NCBI GenBank assembly: GCA_027046625.1 | Contig: JALTXX010000004.1 | Span: forward strand, 1,698-65,697 | Length of the DNA stretch: 64,000 nt | From: Candidatus Micrarchaeota archaeon | Lineage (GTDB): Archaea > Iainarchaeota > Iainarchaeia > JAADDC01 | Direction: 5' to 3' | In this document: piece after piece, positions 1 to 9,698 of the stretch | Layout of the letters: each line of letters starts with the position of its first letter | How positions within the stretch are numbered: position 1 is the first letter of the stretch | Translations under genes and position numbers: made by a program | The notes under the pieces: generated by a model | The model's database searches: none | Told to the model about the DNA's origin: nothing | What the model saw: the letters and a program-made list of their open reading frames with translations, nothing else

Positions 1-298
1 TCTGGTATCCTTCTAAAGGCTTCCACCTCAAGGGTATTTAATCTCCAATGTATACTTCCCTCCTCTACGATATACTCAATCCTTACCCTAACAACATCCC
101 CCTTGTCCACATTTAATCTGTTTACCAATATCTCGAAGAGGATTCTGTTCAGCTCCCCAGCTGCCCGGGCAACCTCCGTGGAAGAAACATGACCAGCCTT
201 CATTTCCTCTCTTAGCTGCGCAAAAAGTGTTTTTCTAACCTTGTCAGCGTATGCACCTGCTATTACAAGACCTGTGCTGAGCTTATTTACCAGCTTCA
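1..298 (-). CDS. Partial hypothetical protein (N-terminal ~99 aa; the C-terminus runs off the window edge)
   Basis: Manual reverse-complement translation from ATG (cat at 296-298) gives MKLVNKLSTGLVIAGAYADKVRKTLFAQLREEMKAGHVSS... with no stop before position 1. It is absent from the ORF track because it is incomplete. Confidence 0.35.
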
Positions 299-321
299 TA
301 CTATGAAATGGGATACCTTCA

Positions 322-780
322 TCATTTAAGCATATCCTTTAGCTCTTGATACATCTCCTCTATGGAGAAGGAAAGTACCCTCTCTCCTCCTATTACGCTC
401 ATAAAATTATTGTCTCCCTCCCATCTTGGAACGATATGCATGTGAACGTGACTTTCCAGGCCTGCACCGGCCACCTTACCTAAGTTTATCCCTATATTAA
501 ACCCGTGGGGTGGTTTCTCCCTTTCCTTCATCCTTTTAACTACAAATGCTGCCATCTCCATCATCTCAGCCCTTTCCTCCGGCGAAAGCTCCTCGATAGA
601 AGATATGTGCCTGTACGGTACTACCATAACATGGCCATAGTTATAGGGATAGATGTTCAGCACAATAAAGGTGTGTTTACCCCTCTTTATTACCCACTCT
701 CCTGTTTTTGCTGCCTCACAGAGGAAACAACCGCCCTTCTTTGAGAGGATATACCTTTTTCTCCATGGTGCATAGAGCAC
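322..780 (-). CDS. HIT-family (histidine triad) nucleotide hydrolase
   Basis: Histidine-triad motif HVHMHIVPR near the C-terminus, a C-x2-C zinc-binding pair (CFLCE), and a 152 aa length typical of HINT proteins. Confidence 0.85.
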   Translation of the reverse strand: MLYAPWRKRYILSKKGGCFLCEAAKTGEWVIKRGKHTFIVLNIYPYNYGHVMVVPYRHISSIEELSPEERAEMMEMAAFVVKRMKEREKPPHGFNIGINLGKVAGAGLESHVHMHIVPRWEGDNNFMSVIGGERVLSFSIEEMYQELKDMLK

Positions 781-812
781 AATTTAATAGGTTTCCGCCC
801 CCTATTTAAGGC

Positions 813-1394
813 ATGTGGGTATGGGTACTGCTGGTAATAGTAGTACTAATTGTAGTATACGGGTACAACAGAATTGTGCAGCTTGAGATGAAGGCAGAAC
901 AGGCGTGGGCAGACATTGATGTACAACTAAGGAGGATCGCCGATCTGGTTCCCAACCTTATAAACGTGCTAAAGGGGTCTGCAAGGTTTGAAAAGGGTAC
1001 CCTTGAGAGTATTGCAGAGGCTCATACAAAACTAGTGGATGCTATGAGGAAGGGGAATGCAGAACAGAGGGTAAAAACAGCTTCAGAGTTTATGGGGGTT
1101 TTCATGCCTATTGTGTACCAAATCCCCCAGTATCCAGATCTAAAGACCACAGAAACCTTCAAGGAAACCCTCATGGAAATTACGCATTCGGTGGATAAAA
1201 TAGCCTATGCAAGACAGTTTTACAACCAGGCTGTTACAGAGTATAACACCTTCATCTCCATGATACCGTGGAATATCATAGCAAAACTTATGGGAAAGGA
1301 CAAGAAACCGCTCTTTGAGGTACCAGAGAGGGAGGAGATTACAAGAAGGTTAGAATCAGGAGAACTGACAAAAGGTATCTCAGAAGCGGTGTGA
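813..1394 (+). CDS. lemA: LemA-family membrane protein
   Basis: N-terminal transmembrane helix, then a LemA-like core (YNRIVQLEMKAEQAWADIDVQLRRIADLVPNLINVLKG...EAHTKL). About 190 aa, immediately followed by an M48 protease as in many LemA loci. Confidence 0.8.
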   Translation: MWVWVLLVIVVLIVVYGYNRIVQLEMKAEQAWADIDVQLRRIADLVPNLINVLKGSARFEKGTLESIAEAHTKLVDAMRKGNAEQRVKTASEFMGVFMPIVYQIPQYPDLKTTETFKETLMEITHSVDKIAYARQFYNQAVTEYNTFISMIPWNIIAKLMGKDKKPLFEVPEREEITRRLESGELTKGISEAV

Positions 1395-1398
1395 TAGC

Positions 1399-2331
1399 AT
1401 GGAGACCATCTACAGTTGGCAGAGAAAGCTAGAACAACGATCGTACATTGCAGTAGTTGTATTATTTCTTTATCTTTCCCTTGTTATATTCCTTCTCTTC
1501 CTTTATATCGTCCCCTCCGCCGATCTAACATCCCTCCTGACAACATCCGTATCCTTTGCCCTAGCACTGACGGCTTCCCAATACTACATGGCATATAGGA
1601 GGCCGGATTTAGTAGTGAATTCTGTGTTTGAGGCTGTTCCGCTGGAAGAGACCGGATATAGGAAGCTGGAGAGGGTTGTAGAAAGGATGAAGACTGCTTA
1701 TGGCATTCATAACGTAAATGTATACATCGTAAACTGGGATGTTATCAATGCGTTTGTGGTGTCTTCCCCCGAAAAACACTATCTTTACGTAACAAAGGGA
1801 GCCATTGAAAAGCTGAACGAAAGGGAGCTGGAGGCAGTGATAGCGCATGAATTTGCTCACATGGAAAACAAGGACTCTCTGTATCTAACGGTGGCGGTTA
1901 TAGTTGCCGGGTTGGCTTCAATAATCTCCTATATTTTCTTTCGGATTGCAACTTCGGGGCAAAGTGAAAGGAAAAGATCGGCTTTAGTATTCATCCTCCT
2001 AGCGCTCATTCTCTATCTTATTACTCCTATCATAACCCGCATCATCGTATCCTCTATCTCTAAACAGAGAGAATACCTTGCGGATACCAGGGCTGTAGAA
2101 GTTACAAAGTATCCGCCAGCCATGATATCAGCCCTTTACAAGGTAGGGGTAGAAAACACAAAACTTTACATGATGGAGATCAAAAAACCTACCACGATTG
2201 CTGCTCTCTTCTTTGATTACGAGGACATAGAAACCCATCCTCCCATAGAGGATCGCATAAAAAGAATATCTGAGCTCACAAGGACTCCCCTTCCTCCGGA
2301 GGTGAAGAACTTCGTTGAACACCGTTATTAG
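1399..2331 (+). CDS. htpX: M48-family zinc metalloprotease (HtpX-like), membrane
   Basis: HEXXH zinc motif (IAHEFAHMENKD) flanked by hydrophobic transmembrane segments, at a 4-nt spacing after lemA. Confidence 0.7.
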   Translation: METIYSWQRKLEQRSYIAVVVLFLYLSLVIFLLFLYIVPSADLTSLLTTSVSFALALTASQYYMAYRRPDLVVNSVFEAVPLEETGYRKLERVVERMKTAYGIHNVNVYIVNWDVINAFVVSSPEKHYLYVTKGAIEKLNERELEAVIAHEFAHMENKDSLYLTVAVIVAGLASIISYIFFRIATSGQSERKRSALVFILLALILYLITPIITRIIVSSISKQREYLADTRAVEVTKYPPAMISALYKVGVENTKLYMMEIKKPTTIAALFFDYEDIETHPPIEDRIKRISELTRTPLPPEVKNFVEHRY

Positions 2332-2989
2332 GATCTTAGAGCTGTATGGAGATAGAGAACTTCCCCTTCACGTAAGGGGGGAGCCCTGGAAGGTAGCCAT
2401 TGGTTGCATACTCTCCCAGAGAACAAAGGACGAAACTACGGATGCTGCCTTTAAGAGGCTGATAGATAGGTTTCCAACACTAAAACAGCTAGCAGAAGCC
2501 AATGTAAAGGAGGTGGAGAAACTTATCTATCCAGTAGGATTTTACAGGCAGAAAGCAAGAAGAATTGTGGAGGCGGCAAAGTATATGCTAACCCATGGGG
2601 TGGGGACATCCCTTGAGGAGCTAGTAAAGATTCCTGGTATAGGCAGAAAGTGTGCAAACATCATACTATCCTATGGATATGGCATGCCTGCAATAGCTGT
2701 GGATACTCACGTATACAGAGTTTCCAAGAGGTTAGGCATCGTAGGAGAGAATGCATCGGAAGAGGAAGTGGAAGAAGCATTGAAGGGATTGGTTCCCAGA
2801 GATAGGTGGATAGAAGTTAACAATGCACTTGTAAAGTTCGGGAAAACTGTTTGTAAGCCGCTACGCCCGCTTTGTGACATGTGTCCCGTGAGAGACGGAT
2901 GTAAATATTTTCGCAATAGAATAGAGAAGGAGAAGTATCCCGTAGCCCATGGTAGTGGCGGAAAGGAAAAGAAGGGACAGTATTTTTAG
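2315..2989 (+). CDS. nth: Endonuclease III (HhH-GPD DNA glycosylase with a 4Fe-4S cluster)
   Basis: HhH-GPD core (LVKIPGIGRKCANIIL...VDTHVYRV) and a C-terminal C-x6-C-x2-C-x5-C cluster (CKPLRPLCDMCPVRDGC). Confidence 0.9.
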   Translation: MNTVIRILELYGDRELPLHVRGEPWKVAIGCILSQRTKDETTDAAFKRLIDRFPTLKQLAEANVKEVEKLIYPVGFYRQKARRIVEAAKYMLTHGVGTSLEELVKIPGIGRKCANIILSYGYGMPAIAVDTHVYRVSKRLGIVGENASEEEVEEALKGLVPRDRWIEVNNALVKFGKTVCKPLRPLCDMCPVRDGCKYFRNRIEKEKYPVAHGSGGKEKKGQYF

Positions 2990-4522
2990 AGATATAGCTG
3001 TAAGCAACATAAATCCTCCAAATATAAGCAAAAGGCTTCCTATGTATCCGCTTGAGATGCCTTTTACCTTCCCCCCGTACAGTTTTCCATGTAGATGGAA
3101 GAGTAGGCTATCAAGCCCTTTCTTTAGCTCCACATAGGAAAATGCAAGTACAAGGGCGGATGCTGTGAACATTACAATAAACGTGATGAGTCCCACACCC
3201 ACTTCAGTTAGGAGGTATCCAGTAAAGTAAAACATAAGGTATGCCGCCAAAAAATAGGAAAGAAATCTTCTCATATGGGGAGGTATGCTTCCATAGAAGG
3301 ATATAAAGGTGGAAGTAGCTGCGGGGCGGATGAAGGCGCTCCTTTCTTTCATTAGTGCGGGGAAAAGGCGCTCAAAGATGTGTTCAATCTCCTTTTCCCT
3401 TCTTATAAGAACCCCTGCTATGAGGGTAGTTATAATAATGGCGAGAAACATACCACCCATCATGTCTGCAGCGTGGGGGAGACTGAGCTCTTGGGCTACA
3501 GCCGAGAAGAAGAGGGAGAACTCTCCCAAGGGCAGCATAAGGATCCCCAATCTAAGTGCTCTCTGGGGTTCTATACCAAGGAGAGGTCCCATAAACAATA
3601 CCACGAATACCTGAACCCATACGGCAATAGACGCAAGGATCCCAAGGGCTATGGCTAGGGGGGAGAACGATATGAGGTACTTCAACCCCAGGGAAGTAAA
3701 GAAGAACATTACAAAGAAGTGCCTGTATTGAGTCATTCTTTCATAGAGATAGGAGGATAGGTTGGTGTTTGCAAGGGCTAAACCAGCAAAGAACGCTCCC
3801 AAAACTGGAGAGATGCCCAAAAGGGAAACTCCATATGAGAAAAGGGTTATAAGCCCCAGGGCATAGAGAGGTATATACTCCTCCTTCACATACTTTCCTA
3901 ACTTTGAGAAGAGACGCCACACAAGGAGAGTACCCAACACGAACACCATAAATGCAAGGGCAAAGGTATGGAAAAAGACCTTTATTACGGGGATTTCTAC
4001 GTTTATCATGCTAAGAAGGTAGGCTATGAAGAAGATTGAGAGAATGTCTTCCAATACAAGCATGGACATGGCAACACGTGCCTCTTTTCTATTGCTCCAC
4101 CCCTTCTCCAGAATTGCATGGGATATAATGGCTGTGGAGCTGCCGGCAAGAGCTGCACCCACCACAAATGCCTCCAACATGTTAAAGCCTAGCCCCTTTG
4201 CTATAATAAAGCCAAGTAAAAACACTGCACCACTCTTTATCGGGGAAAGAAAAATGGCATAGGTTCCGGCCTCTCCAAACTTCCTAGGATCCATCTTTAG
4301 CCCTGTAAAGAAGAGAAGCAGTATAATACCTAAGGAAGCAAAGAGATCCACTATTTCAGAGCTCTTTATGAGATCCAGCCCCTGAGGGCCGAGCAGTAGA
4401 CCGGATATGAGATATCCTACAATGGAAGGTATACCTACAAACTCTACCAATGTACCCAAGAGAAGGGACAGGAAGACAATGGCACCAAACTGAAAGAGGA
4501 GGTCGTATTCTCCGAGCGCCAC
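2861..4522 (-). CDS. Cation:proton antiporter (CPA2/Kef-type Na+/H+ or K+/H+ exchanger)
   Basis: 553 aa polytopic membrane protein. N-terminal region (LISGLLLGPQGLDLI...LGIILLLFFTGLKMD) is typical of the Na+/H+ exchanger family. Confidence 0.7.
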   Translation of the reverse strand: MALGEYDLLFQFGAIVFLSLLLGTLVEFVGIPSIVGYLISGLLLGPQGLDLIKSSEIVDLFASLGIILLLFFTGLKMDPRKFGEAGTYAIFLSPIKSGAVFLLGFIIAKGLGFNMLEAFVVGAALAGSSTAIISHAILEKGWSNRKEARVAMSMLVLEDILSIFFIAYLLSMINVEIPVIKVFFHTFALAFMVFVLGTLLVWRLFSKLGKYVKEEYIPLYALGLITLFSYGVSLLGISPVLGAFFAGLALANTNLSSYLYERMTQYRHFFVMFFFTSLGLKYLISFSPLAIALGILASIAVWVQVFVVLFMGPLLGIEPQRALRLGILMLPLGEFSLFFSAVAQELSLPHAADMMGGMFLAIIITTLIAGVLIRREKEIEHIFERLFPALMKERSAFIRPAATSTFISFYGSIPPHMRRFLSYFLAAYLMFYFTGYLLTEVGVGLITFIVMFTASALVLAFSYVELKKGLDSLLFHLHGKLYGGKVKGISSGYIGSLLLIFGGFMLLTAISLKILSLLFLSATTMGYGILLLLYSIAKIFTSVSHGTHVTKRA

Positions 4523-4569
4523 ACAATATAGAGAAGGGAGAGGGATTTAATAGTTGAGGGCTGGCGTAT

Positions 4570-5181
4570 CTACTGGGAGGTGGCAGCTCTCTTAAGCTCC
4601 CTCAGGAGCTGGGCTGGTGAATGTATGGGATATGGTAGCTTTTCCACCAGCTCCTCCGCAGGCTTCCCCTCCACATCTATACCTTTTAACCTACTCTCGA
4701 GTAATTTTGGGTCAGATATGGGAAAGTCTATACCCTTTATACTTTTTAATACAAGCACTGCCCACGGAACTACCTCAAGGGCTTCAAGTATACTCTTAGA
4801 AGAGTCTATGGTTATGTGCAGGTCCTCTCCTGCCTTTAGCCTTTTCCAAGCCTCCTTTGCAAGGCCCCCAGCAATATGTTCATCGAGCTTCTCTATCTCT
4901 CCCATGATCTTTTTCATTACCGCCTCTGGATCCGCAGATAGGATTCTTTTCACAGTTTGGGTAGATATACCAAGGAAGGAAGCAATATCCTCATCAGATG
5001 CCATCTTTTTATCCCTCAATACTACTGCATAGGAAGCTGCCATAAGAGAAGGCACCCATGTAAGGTTTCTATACTCCACCAATTTTCTAGGTCCTCCCAA
5101 CAACTCTATGGACTTTAGGAATACTTTGAAGGCTAGTTCATCCACGGAGACTTCTTCCACGGGAGAGGTTATCACCCTCAT
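4570..5181 (-). CDS. HTH-domain protein, last gene of a three-gene operon with the KaiC-like ATPase
   Basis: 203 aa soluble protein with a helix-turn-helix-like segment (DEDIASFLGISTQTVKRIL). It starts 4 nt after the upstream ATPase gene. Confidence 0.5.
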   Translation of the reverse strand: MRVITSPVEEVSVDELAFKVFLKSIELLGGPRKLVEYRNLTWVPSLMAASYAVVLRDKKMASDEDIASFLGISTQTVKRILSADPEAVMKKIMGEIEKLDEHIAGGLAKEAWKRLKAGEDLHITIDSSKSILEALEVVPWAVLVLKSIKGIDFPISDPKLLESRLKGIDVEGKPAEELVEKLPYPIHSPAQLLRELKRAATSQ

Positions 5182-5185
5182 GTTC

Positions 5186-6052
5186 TCACCTCCTTATGAG
5201 CTCTGAGAGGGGAGGCCCAACTCTTACAAGACCGGTCTCCGTGATCTCAAGTAGGTGGGTTCTTGTATCATGACCACAAAGACGCATACCATCAATTCTT
5301 AGCGTTCTTAGCACATCCCCAATGGGGATATTATAGAGTTTTGACTCCCTTGGGTTTGTAATAACCTTCTTAGATAATACAATAGTTCCATCTAGGATGT
5401 GGGATACTGCATATCCCCCTGCTGCCTCCGCCGATTCTTCCTCATGAGCTGATCGTTTTTGGGATATTAGAATGCCTGTTTGTCCCCACTTCTTCAGGAA
5501 GTTAAATATTCTTCTTACAACCTGTCTTGCTAACATTTCCCTTGCCTCGAAGAGGCCTGTTATAGAATCTATCACCACATTTTTTGTATTATACTCTCGG
5601 ATGGCATAGGCGAGGGTATCCAACAATACATCAATGTCTTCCCTCAGGCGGGTAGAGGACGCTGCATCTATAAGCACAATGTTATCTTCTATGGCCGACC
5701 ATTCCACCCCCATTGCAGCCGCTCTCTGCATCAGCCCCTGGGTGAGAAAGTTTGCGGGGGTTTCCACCGTTATAAATACTGTAGGATATCCAAGAGATGC
5801 TTGTTTTACGGCAAATTGCTCTGCAAGTAGGGATTTACCTGTATCAGGAATACCTGTAATGTTTATTACCGCTCTATAAGGTACCCCGCCAAGGGGTACC
5901 CTCTTTGGTCTACCTTCCTCCATCTCTGTCACAAAGAACAGGTCATCCAAACCTTCCACTCCGGTAGGCACACCAAAGAGCTTGGGAGCCATAGAAGCTG
6001 CCTCTGATGCGGTCAAAACATAGCTTGTTTCCACATCTCTCCAGTTCTCCAT
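5186..6052 (-). CDS. RecA-superfamily ATPase, KaiC/RadA/FlaH-like
   Basis: Walker A GIPDTGKS, Walker B-like VVIDSITG, 288 aa. Domain layout resembles archaeal KaiC-like single-domain ATPases. Confidence 0.75.
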   Translation of the reverse strand: MENWRDVETSYVLTASEAASMAPKLFGVPTGVEGLDDLFFVTEMEEGRPKRVPLGGVPYRAVINITGIPDTGKSLLAEQFAVKQASLGYPTVFITVETPANFLTQGLMQRAAAMGVEWSAIEDNIVLIDAASSTRLREDIDVLLDTLAYAIREYNTKNVVIDSITGLFEAREMLARQVVRRIFNFLKKWGQTGILISQKRSAHEEESAEAAGGYAVSHILDGTIVLSKKVITNPRESKLYNIPIGDVLRTLRIDGMRLCGHDTRTHLLEITETGLVRVGPPLSELIRR

Positions 6053-6081
6053 GTAATAATTATATCCTAGTAATGTTTAAA

Positions 6082-8127
6082 TTAGAGTCTTCTCAGTTTC
6101 CAGCCTCCAAAGAAGGGAAGAAAGGGTTTTTCAAGCCTTAGAGCTATTTCACCTATTCTAGATAGCTCCTCGGCTGCCTCTCTGAAAACCCTCTCCTCCG
6201 CTCCCCTAGAGCGTGCTAGAGCATCCACATCTAGGCTTTCTCCTGGTTTTAGTTTCCTTGCACGATCTAGCAGTATTTTCATGGCTGCTTCCTTGGTATC
6301 TGGAACTGATATCTTTGCTTTTATGCGTTTTGTAGATATGTTGCGGGATACTTTTCTTGTAAGGCTTTCTATTCTCTTTATAATGGAGGTAATGTCCTTC
6401 ATTAGCTTTGTATCCTTCTTTAGCTTTGAAACACGCTTCTTTATGATGTGAGAGCCTGTTACACCTGTGTTCTCCCCTATTTTTGAAATGTGTTCCAGAA
6501 TGGTCTCTATACTCTCTACTTTCCTCTTTATAACCTCTTCCAGGGCATCTGCCACCTCCCTTGTGCTTTTGAGCGTTTTTTCTATCTCTTCCATGTGCTT
6601 TGGAATCCTAACAGTGGAAGATTCTACCTCCTTTATACTGTTTCTTAGCTTATAAGCATCCTCGAGCAGCTTTTCCATAACCTCTGGCAAACCTGCATCC
6701 TTCAGCAGACGGGCCTTTACCCTCAGCTCCTCTATATCCCTTATGATGGTTTTCAGATCCTCCTCAGTTATCACAGCACCCGCTCGTCCTATCTTTTCGT
6801 TTAGAGCCTTAAGGCTACTCTCTATCCTTCTCAAAACTTCCTTTACTCGTTCGAACTCCTCCCTAGGAATAGCATTTTCTACATCCTCCAATCTATGCTC
6901 CAACCTCTCTATGTGCTCCTTTATCTCTTTTCTATCCACAATTCCCTTCTCTGTACGTTCAGATAATACCTTTAGCTGTTCTTCCACTTCCTTTAACATG
7001 GAAATTATATCCTCCTGCTTGAGAGAGGAAACGATACCTACCACATCGTCATGAAGCTTAGAAACCTCTTCTCTTAGCTCCTCAAAGTGCTTTTCTAGGT
7101 TCTTCTCCTCCTCCCTCAGTGTTTGAAGAAGAACATCTCTAAGGGAGGAGGAGAGGGAGGATAGATTATCATCAAGTCTCTTTAGAAGTGTTTTCATGTA
7201 CTCGTTAACTTCTTTTCTTGATTGGGTTATTTCCTCCCTTGTGGAGGATATTTGCTCTTCAAGGGACCTTACTTCCTCAAGGATCTCACCAATTTGGGGG
7301 CCATACCTTTCCAGGGCTTTGCTATTCTTTGTAACTGTTGATATGATCGCCTTTAATTGCTTGCTAATTCGGTCAAGACGTTTCTCTACCTCCTCATCCA
7401 TTTCTCTATCCTTTAGCTCCCTTAGCTCATTTCTTACCTCCTCCACGAGGTGCTCTACGGCCTCAAGGTCCTTTGCCTCCATCTCCTCAAGCTTGGAGAG
7501 GGTATAAAGTATGGCATCCCTCGTATCCATAAGATCGGTATGAAGTTTTTTGATGGATTCCTTATCTTCTACCTCCTCAAATAGCTCTCTTATTCTATCT
7601 TCCAAGGATTTTAGGCGTTCTCTCAGTTCAGAAAGTGCTTCCTTTCTCCTGTCTGCGTCTGTGTCGATAATCTTATTGATGTGGACGACGATATCTCTCA
7701 GATTTCTTATCTCCTGCTCAAGTTCCTCAATCCTGCTATCCTTTATGCTTTGCTTCTCTTGGATAGATCTGAGAAGTAGTTTTATCTCCTCAAGCTGTCT
7801 GTTCTCATCCTCCCTTATCTTTCTCATGTAGTCCTTTATGGTTACCTCCAGCTCCTTTAGCCTACCCTCAATAAGAGACTCATCCTTTGTAAGAAGGTAT
7901 GTTCTAATATCATCAAGAGAGGATTTTATCTGGCTTAGAATCTCGTCTTCCTCGTCTGGTTCCTCTGCAATCTCTATAAGCTTCTCTAATAACTTTTCAA
8001 GCCGCTTTATTCTATCCTCCGAAGATTCATTTTCCTCCTCAAGGATGTTTTCTATGTCTTCTATTTGTTTATCGAGCTCTTTTCGTTTCTTTTTCTTTCG
8101 CTCCACCAGAAGCTCTTCCGCTTCCAC
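6082..8127 (-). CDS. Large cytoplasmic coiled-coil protein (681 aa, E/K/R/L-rich)
   Basis: Continuous heptad-like charged composition with no transmembrane segment. First gene of the 8127-to-4570 operon. Opposite-strand ORFs in this interval are S/L-rich mirror artefacts. Confidence 0.65.
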   Translation of the reverse strand: MEAEELLVERKKKKRKELDKQIEDIENILEEENESSEDRIKRLEKLLEKLIEIAEEPDEEDEILSQIKSSLDDIRTYLLTKDESLIEGRLKELEVTIKDYMRKIREDENRQLEEIKLLLRSIQEKQSIKDSRIEELEQEIRNLRDIVVHINKIIDTDADRRKEALSELRERLKSLEDRIRELFEEVEDKESIKKLHTDLMDTRDAILYTLSKLEEMEAKDLEAVEHLVEEVRNELRELKDREMDEEVEKRLDRISKQLKAIISTVTKNSKALERYGPQIGEILEEVRSLEEQISSTREEITQSRKEVNEYMKTLLKRLDDNLSSLSSSLRDVLLQTLREEEKNLEKHFEELREEVSKLHDDVVGIVSSLKQEDIISMLKEVEEQLKVLSERTEKGIVDRKEIKEHIERLEHRLEDVENAIPREEFERVKEVLRRIESSLKALNEKIGRAGAVITEEDLKTIIRDIEELRVKARLLKDAGLPEVMEKLLEDAYKLRNSIKEVESSTVRIPKHMEEIEKTLKSTREVADALEEVIKRKVESIETILEHISKIGENTGVTGSHIIKKRVSKLKKDTKLMKDITSIIKRIESLTRKVSRNISTKRIKAKISVPDTKEAAMKILLDRARKLKPGESLDVDALARSRGAEERVFREAAEELSRIGEIALRLEKPFLPFFGGWKLRRL

Positions 8128-8179
8128 GCAAGAGTTTATGCATGGGGGTGTTTTTAAGCAGGGAGAAAAGTTGTTATCT

Positions 8180-8830
8180 CTAAGCAGTGGTTTCGAACCT
8201 TTGGAGGAGCTCCTCGGGGGAGAGCCTCTCCGGCCTCTCTCCCAGCACTTTTTTATTCCTTTGGCTAAACACCCTCCTCAAGAAGGATAGGAACAACTCC
8301 CCCCTATCATAGTTCCTCTCCTTCTTGAGAAATGCTATTCCAATCCCCGATCTGGGAGGATATACATCCCTGTTATCCAGAGCAAAGATATCATCCACCC
8401 TGTAAAAGAGTTGAGAGACCACACTAACAGGGGAGTACTCCCGCCATCCCGGTTCTGCCTCTATCCTTATAAGAAGGGTTTCCCTCCCTACCACAACCAA
8501 TCGCTCAGGAAAAGACACAAGAGCTCTTTCAAACACATCCTTTGCCATATCAACATTTACCTCAAGATAGAGTCCATAACACCCAAAACGTCCATCCCAT
8601 ACCTTCCCATCCACACCATACTCCTTCTTCACAGCTTCCAACAATCTCTCATCTATCTCAAGGGCCATACCCTTCCCGTGCAAAAATATAAACCCTGGAA
8701 ATGCCTGAAATACACAAAAATTATCCAAATACTCCGCCGCCTCTTCAAGAAGATCTTTATTTACAAGCACTTCCTTCTTCAGAGGCGGCGGAATTTTATA
8801 CTTTCTCATAAGTTTTAGGACATCATACAT
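8180..8830 (-). CDS. Hypothetical protein (216 aa)
   Basis: Clean ORF ending 8 nt inside the DUF655 gene, co-directional with the DUF655-rpoF-L21e cluster. No recognisable motif. Confidence 0.5.
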   Translation of the reverse strand: MYDVLKLMRKYKIPPPLKKEVLVNKDLLEEAAEYLDNFCVFQAFPGFIFLHGKGMALEIDERLLEAVKKEYGVDGKVWDGRFGCYGLYLEVNVDMAKDVFERALVSFPERLVVVGRETLLIRIEAEPGWREYSPVSVVSQLFYRVDDIFALDNRDVYPPRSGIGIAFLKKERNYDRGELFLSFLRRVFSQRNKKVLGERPERLSPEELLQRFETTA

Positions 8831-9374
8831 TGGGATCCCTCGGATTTGTAAAGAGGAGGTATTTATCCCCCTCGCTAAGTTCGTGCACTATTCTTTGTAC
8901 AATCATCTCGAGGGGGTCGCCAAGCAATTTAGCTCTTGTTTTCAGATCTTCAAAGCTCTTAAAGGGTTCTTTTTCCCTCTCTTCGAGGATCTTTATGAGT
9001 TGCTTCTTCCCTATCCCGGGAAGCAGCTCAAGGGAATGAAGACGAATAGTGATGGGGCCTGCTCTGTTGAAGAAATCCAGAAATTTCTCCTTTTCCTCCT
9101 CTACAATTAGTTTTACAGCCTTTGGAAGGTTGTCCTTCGCAATGGAGGTAAGCCTCTCATAGGGTATCCTTCCCTTTATGGTTTGTATCTTTTCACGCTT
9201 CTCCTTTCCTATATAGACCTTCTCAAGGAGTTGAATGTTCACACCCCTCTTTGGAGTAGCCTCAAGAAGGGTAAAGTACTTCGTTCCCACACCCTGTACT
9301 ATTGGGGTTCCCCTCGGATCATCGGGCCTGCCGTATGGTAAATAGTCTAAAACAACCATGTACTCTTCTTTCAT
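8823..9374 (-). CDS. DUF655/COG1491-type OB-fold nucleic-acid-binding protein
   Basis: 183 aa protein with HhH-like LLPGIGKKQLIKILEER. Position directly downstream of rpoF and L21e matches the conserved archaeal L21e-Rpo4-DUF655 arrangement. Confidence 0.7.
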   Translation of the reverse strand: MKEEYMVVLDYLPYGRPDDPRGTPIVQGVGTKYFTLLEATPKRGVNIQLLEKVYIGKEKREKIQTIKGRIPYERLTSIAKDNLPKAVKLIVEEEKEKFLDFFNRAGPITIRLHSLELLPGIGKKQLIKILEEREKEPFKSFEDLKTRAKLLGDPLEMIVQRIVHELSEGDKYLLFTNPRDPNV

Positions 9375-9386
9375 GGCTATACACCT

Positions 9387-9698
9387 CTAAGAACGCAGAA
9401 TTTCAAGGATTTTCTCAAACTTATCCGCGTCTGTCTGCTCCTTTGCAAGAACTGCCTGAAGTTCAGAGGCTGTACGGGGGAAAACATTGAGTATCTTTAC
9501 CACAAGTTCTTCATCTATCCCCAACTCCATTAGCTGTTTTCTCTTTTCTTCCACCACCTTCTCATCTACCTTCTTTACTTCTCTAACATAGTCTAGTGTT
9601 GCCTTCTGTTCATAGGTGAGGTCCCCTTCCTTGGGCAGCAACTTCTCTACTTCGTATACAGTGAGTGGCTTCTTTTCCAACACTTCCTTTCCTATCAT
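9387..9698 (-). CDS. rpoF: DNA-directed RNA polymerase subunit Rpo4/F
   Basis: 103 aa. Pattern LTYEQKATLDYVREV...LMELGIDEELVVKILNVFP...ILEILRS matches archaeal Rpo4/RpoF. Gene is adjacent to L21e. Confidence 0.75.
   Translation of the reverse strand: MIGKEVLEKKPLTVYEVEKLLPKEGDLTYEQKATLDYVREVKKVDEKVVEEKRKQLMELGIDEELVVKILNVFPRTASELQAVLAKEQTDADKFEKILEILRS

Noticed and set aside
6467-8290. Plus-strand ORFs 6467..6655, 6743..7054, 7196..7507, 7550..7831 and 7838..8290, which encode S/L/F-rich peptides
   Set aside because: They lie antisense within the E/K/R/L-rich coiled-coil gene. Their low-complexity serine and leucine content is the mirror image of GAA/AAG/CTC-rich coding sequence. None has a motif or plausible start context.
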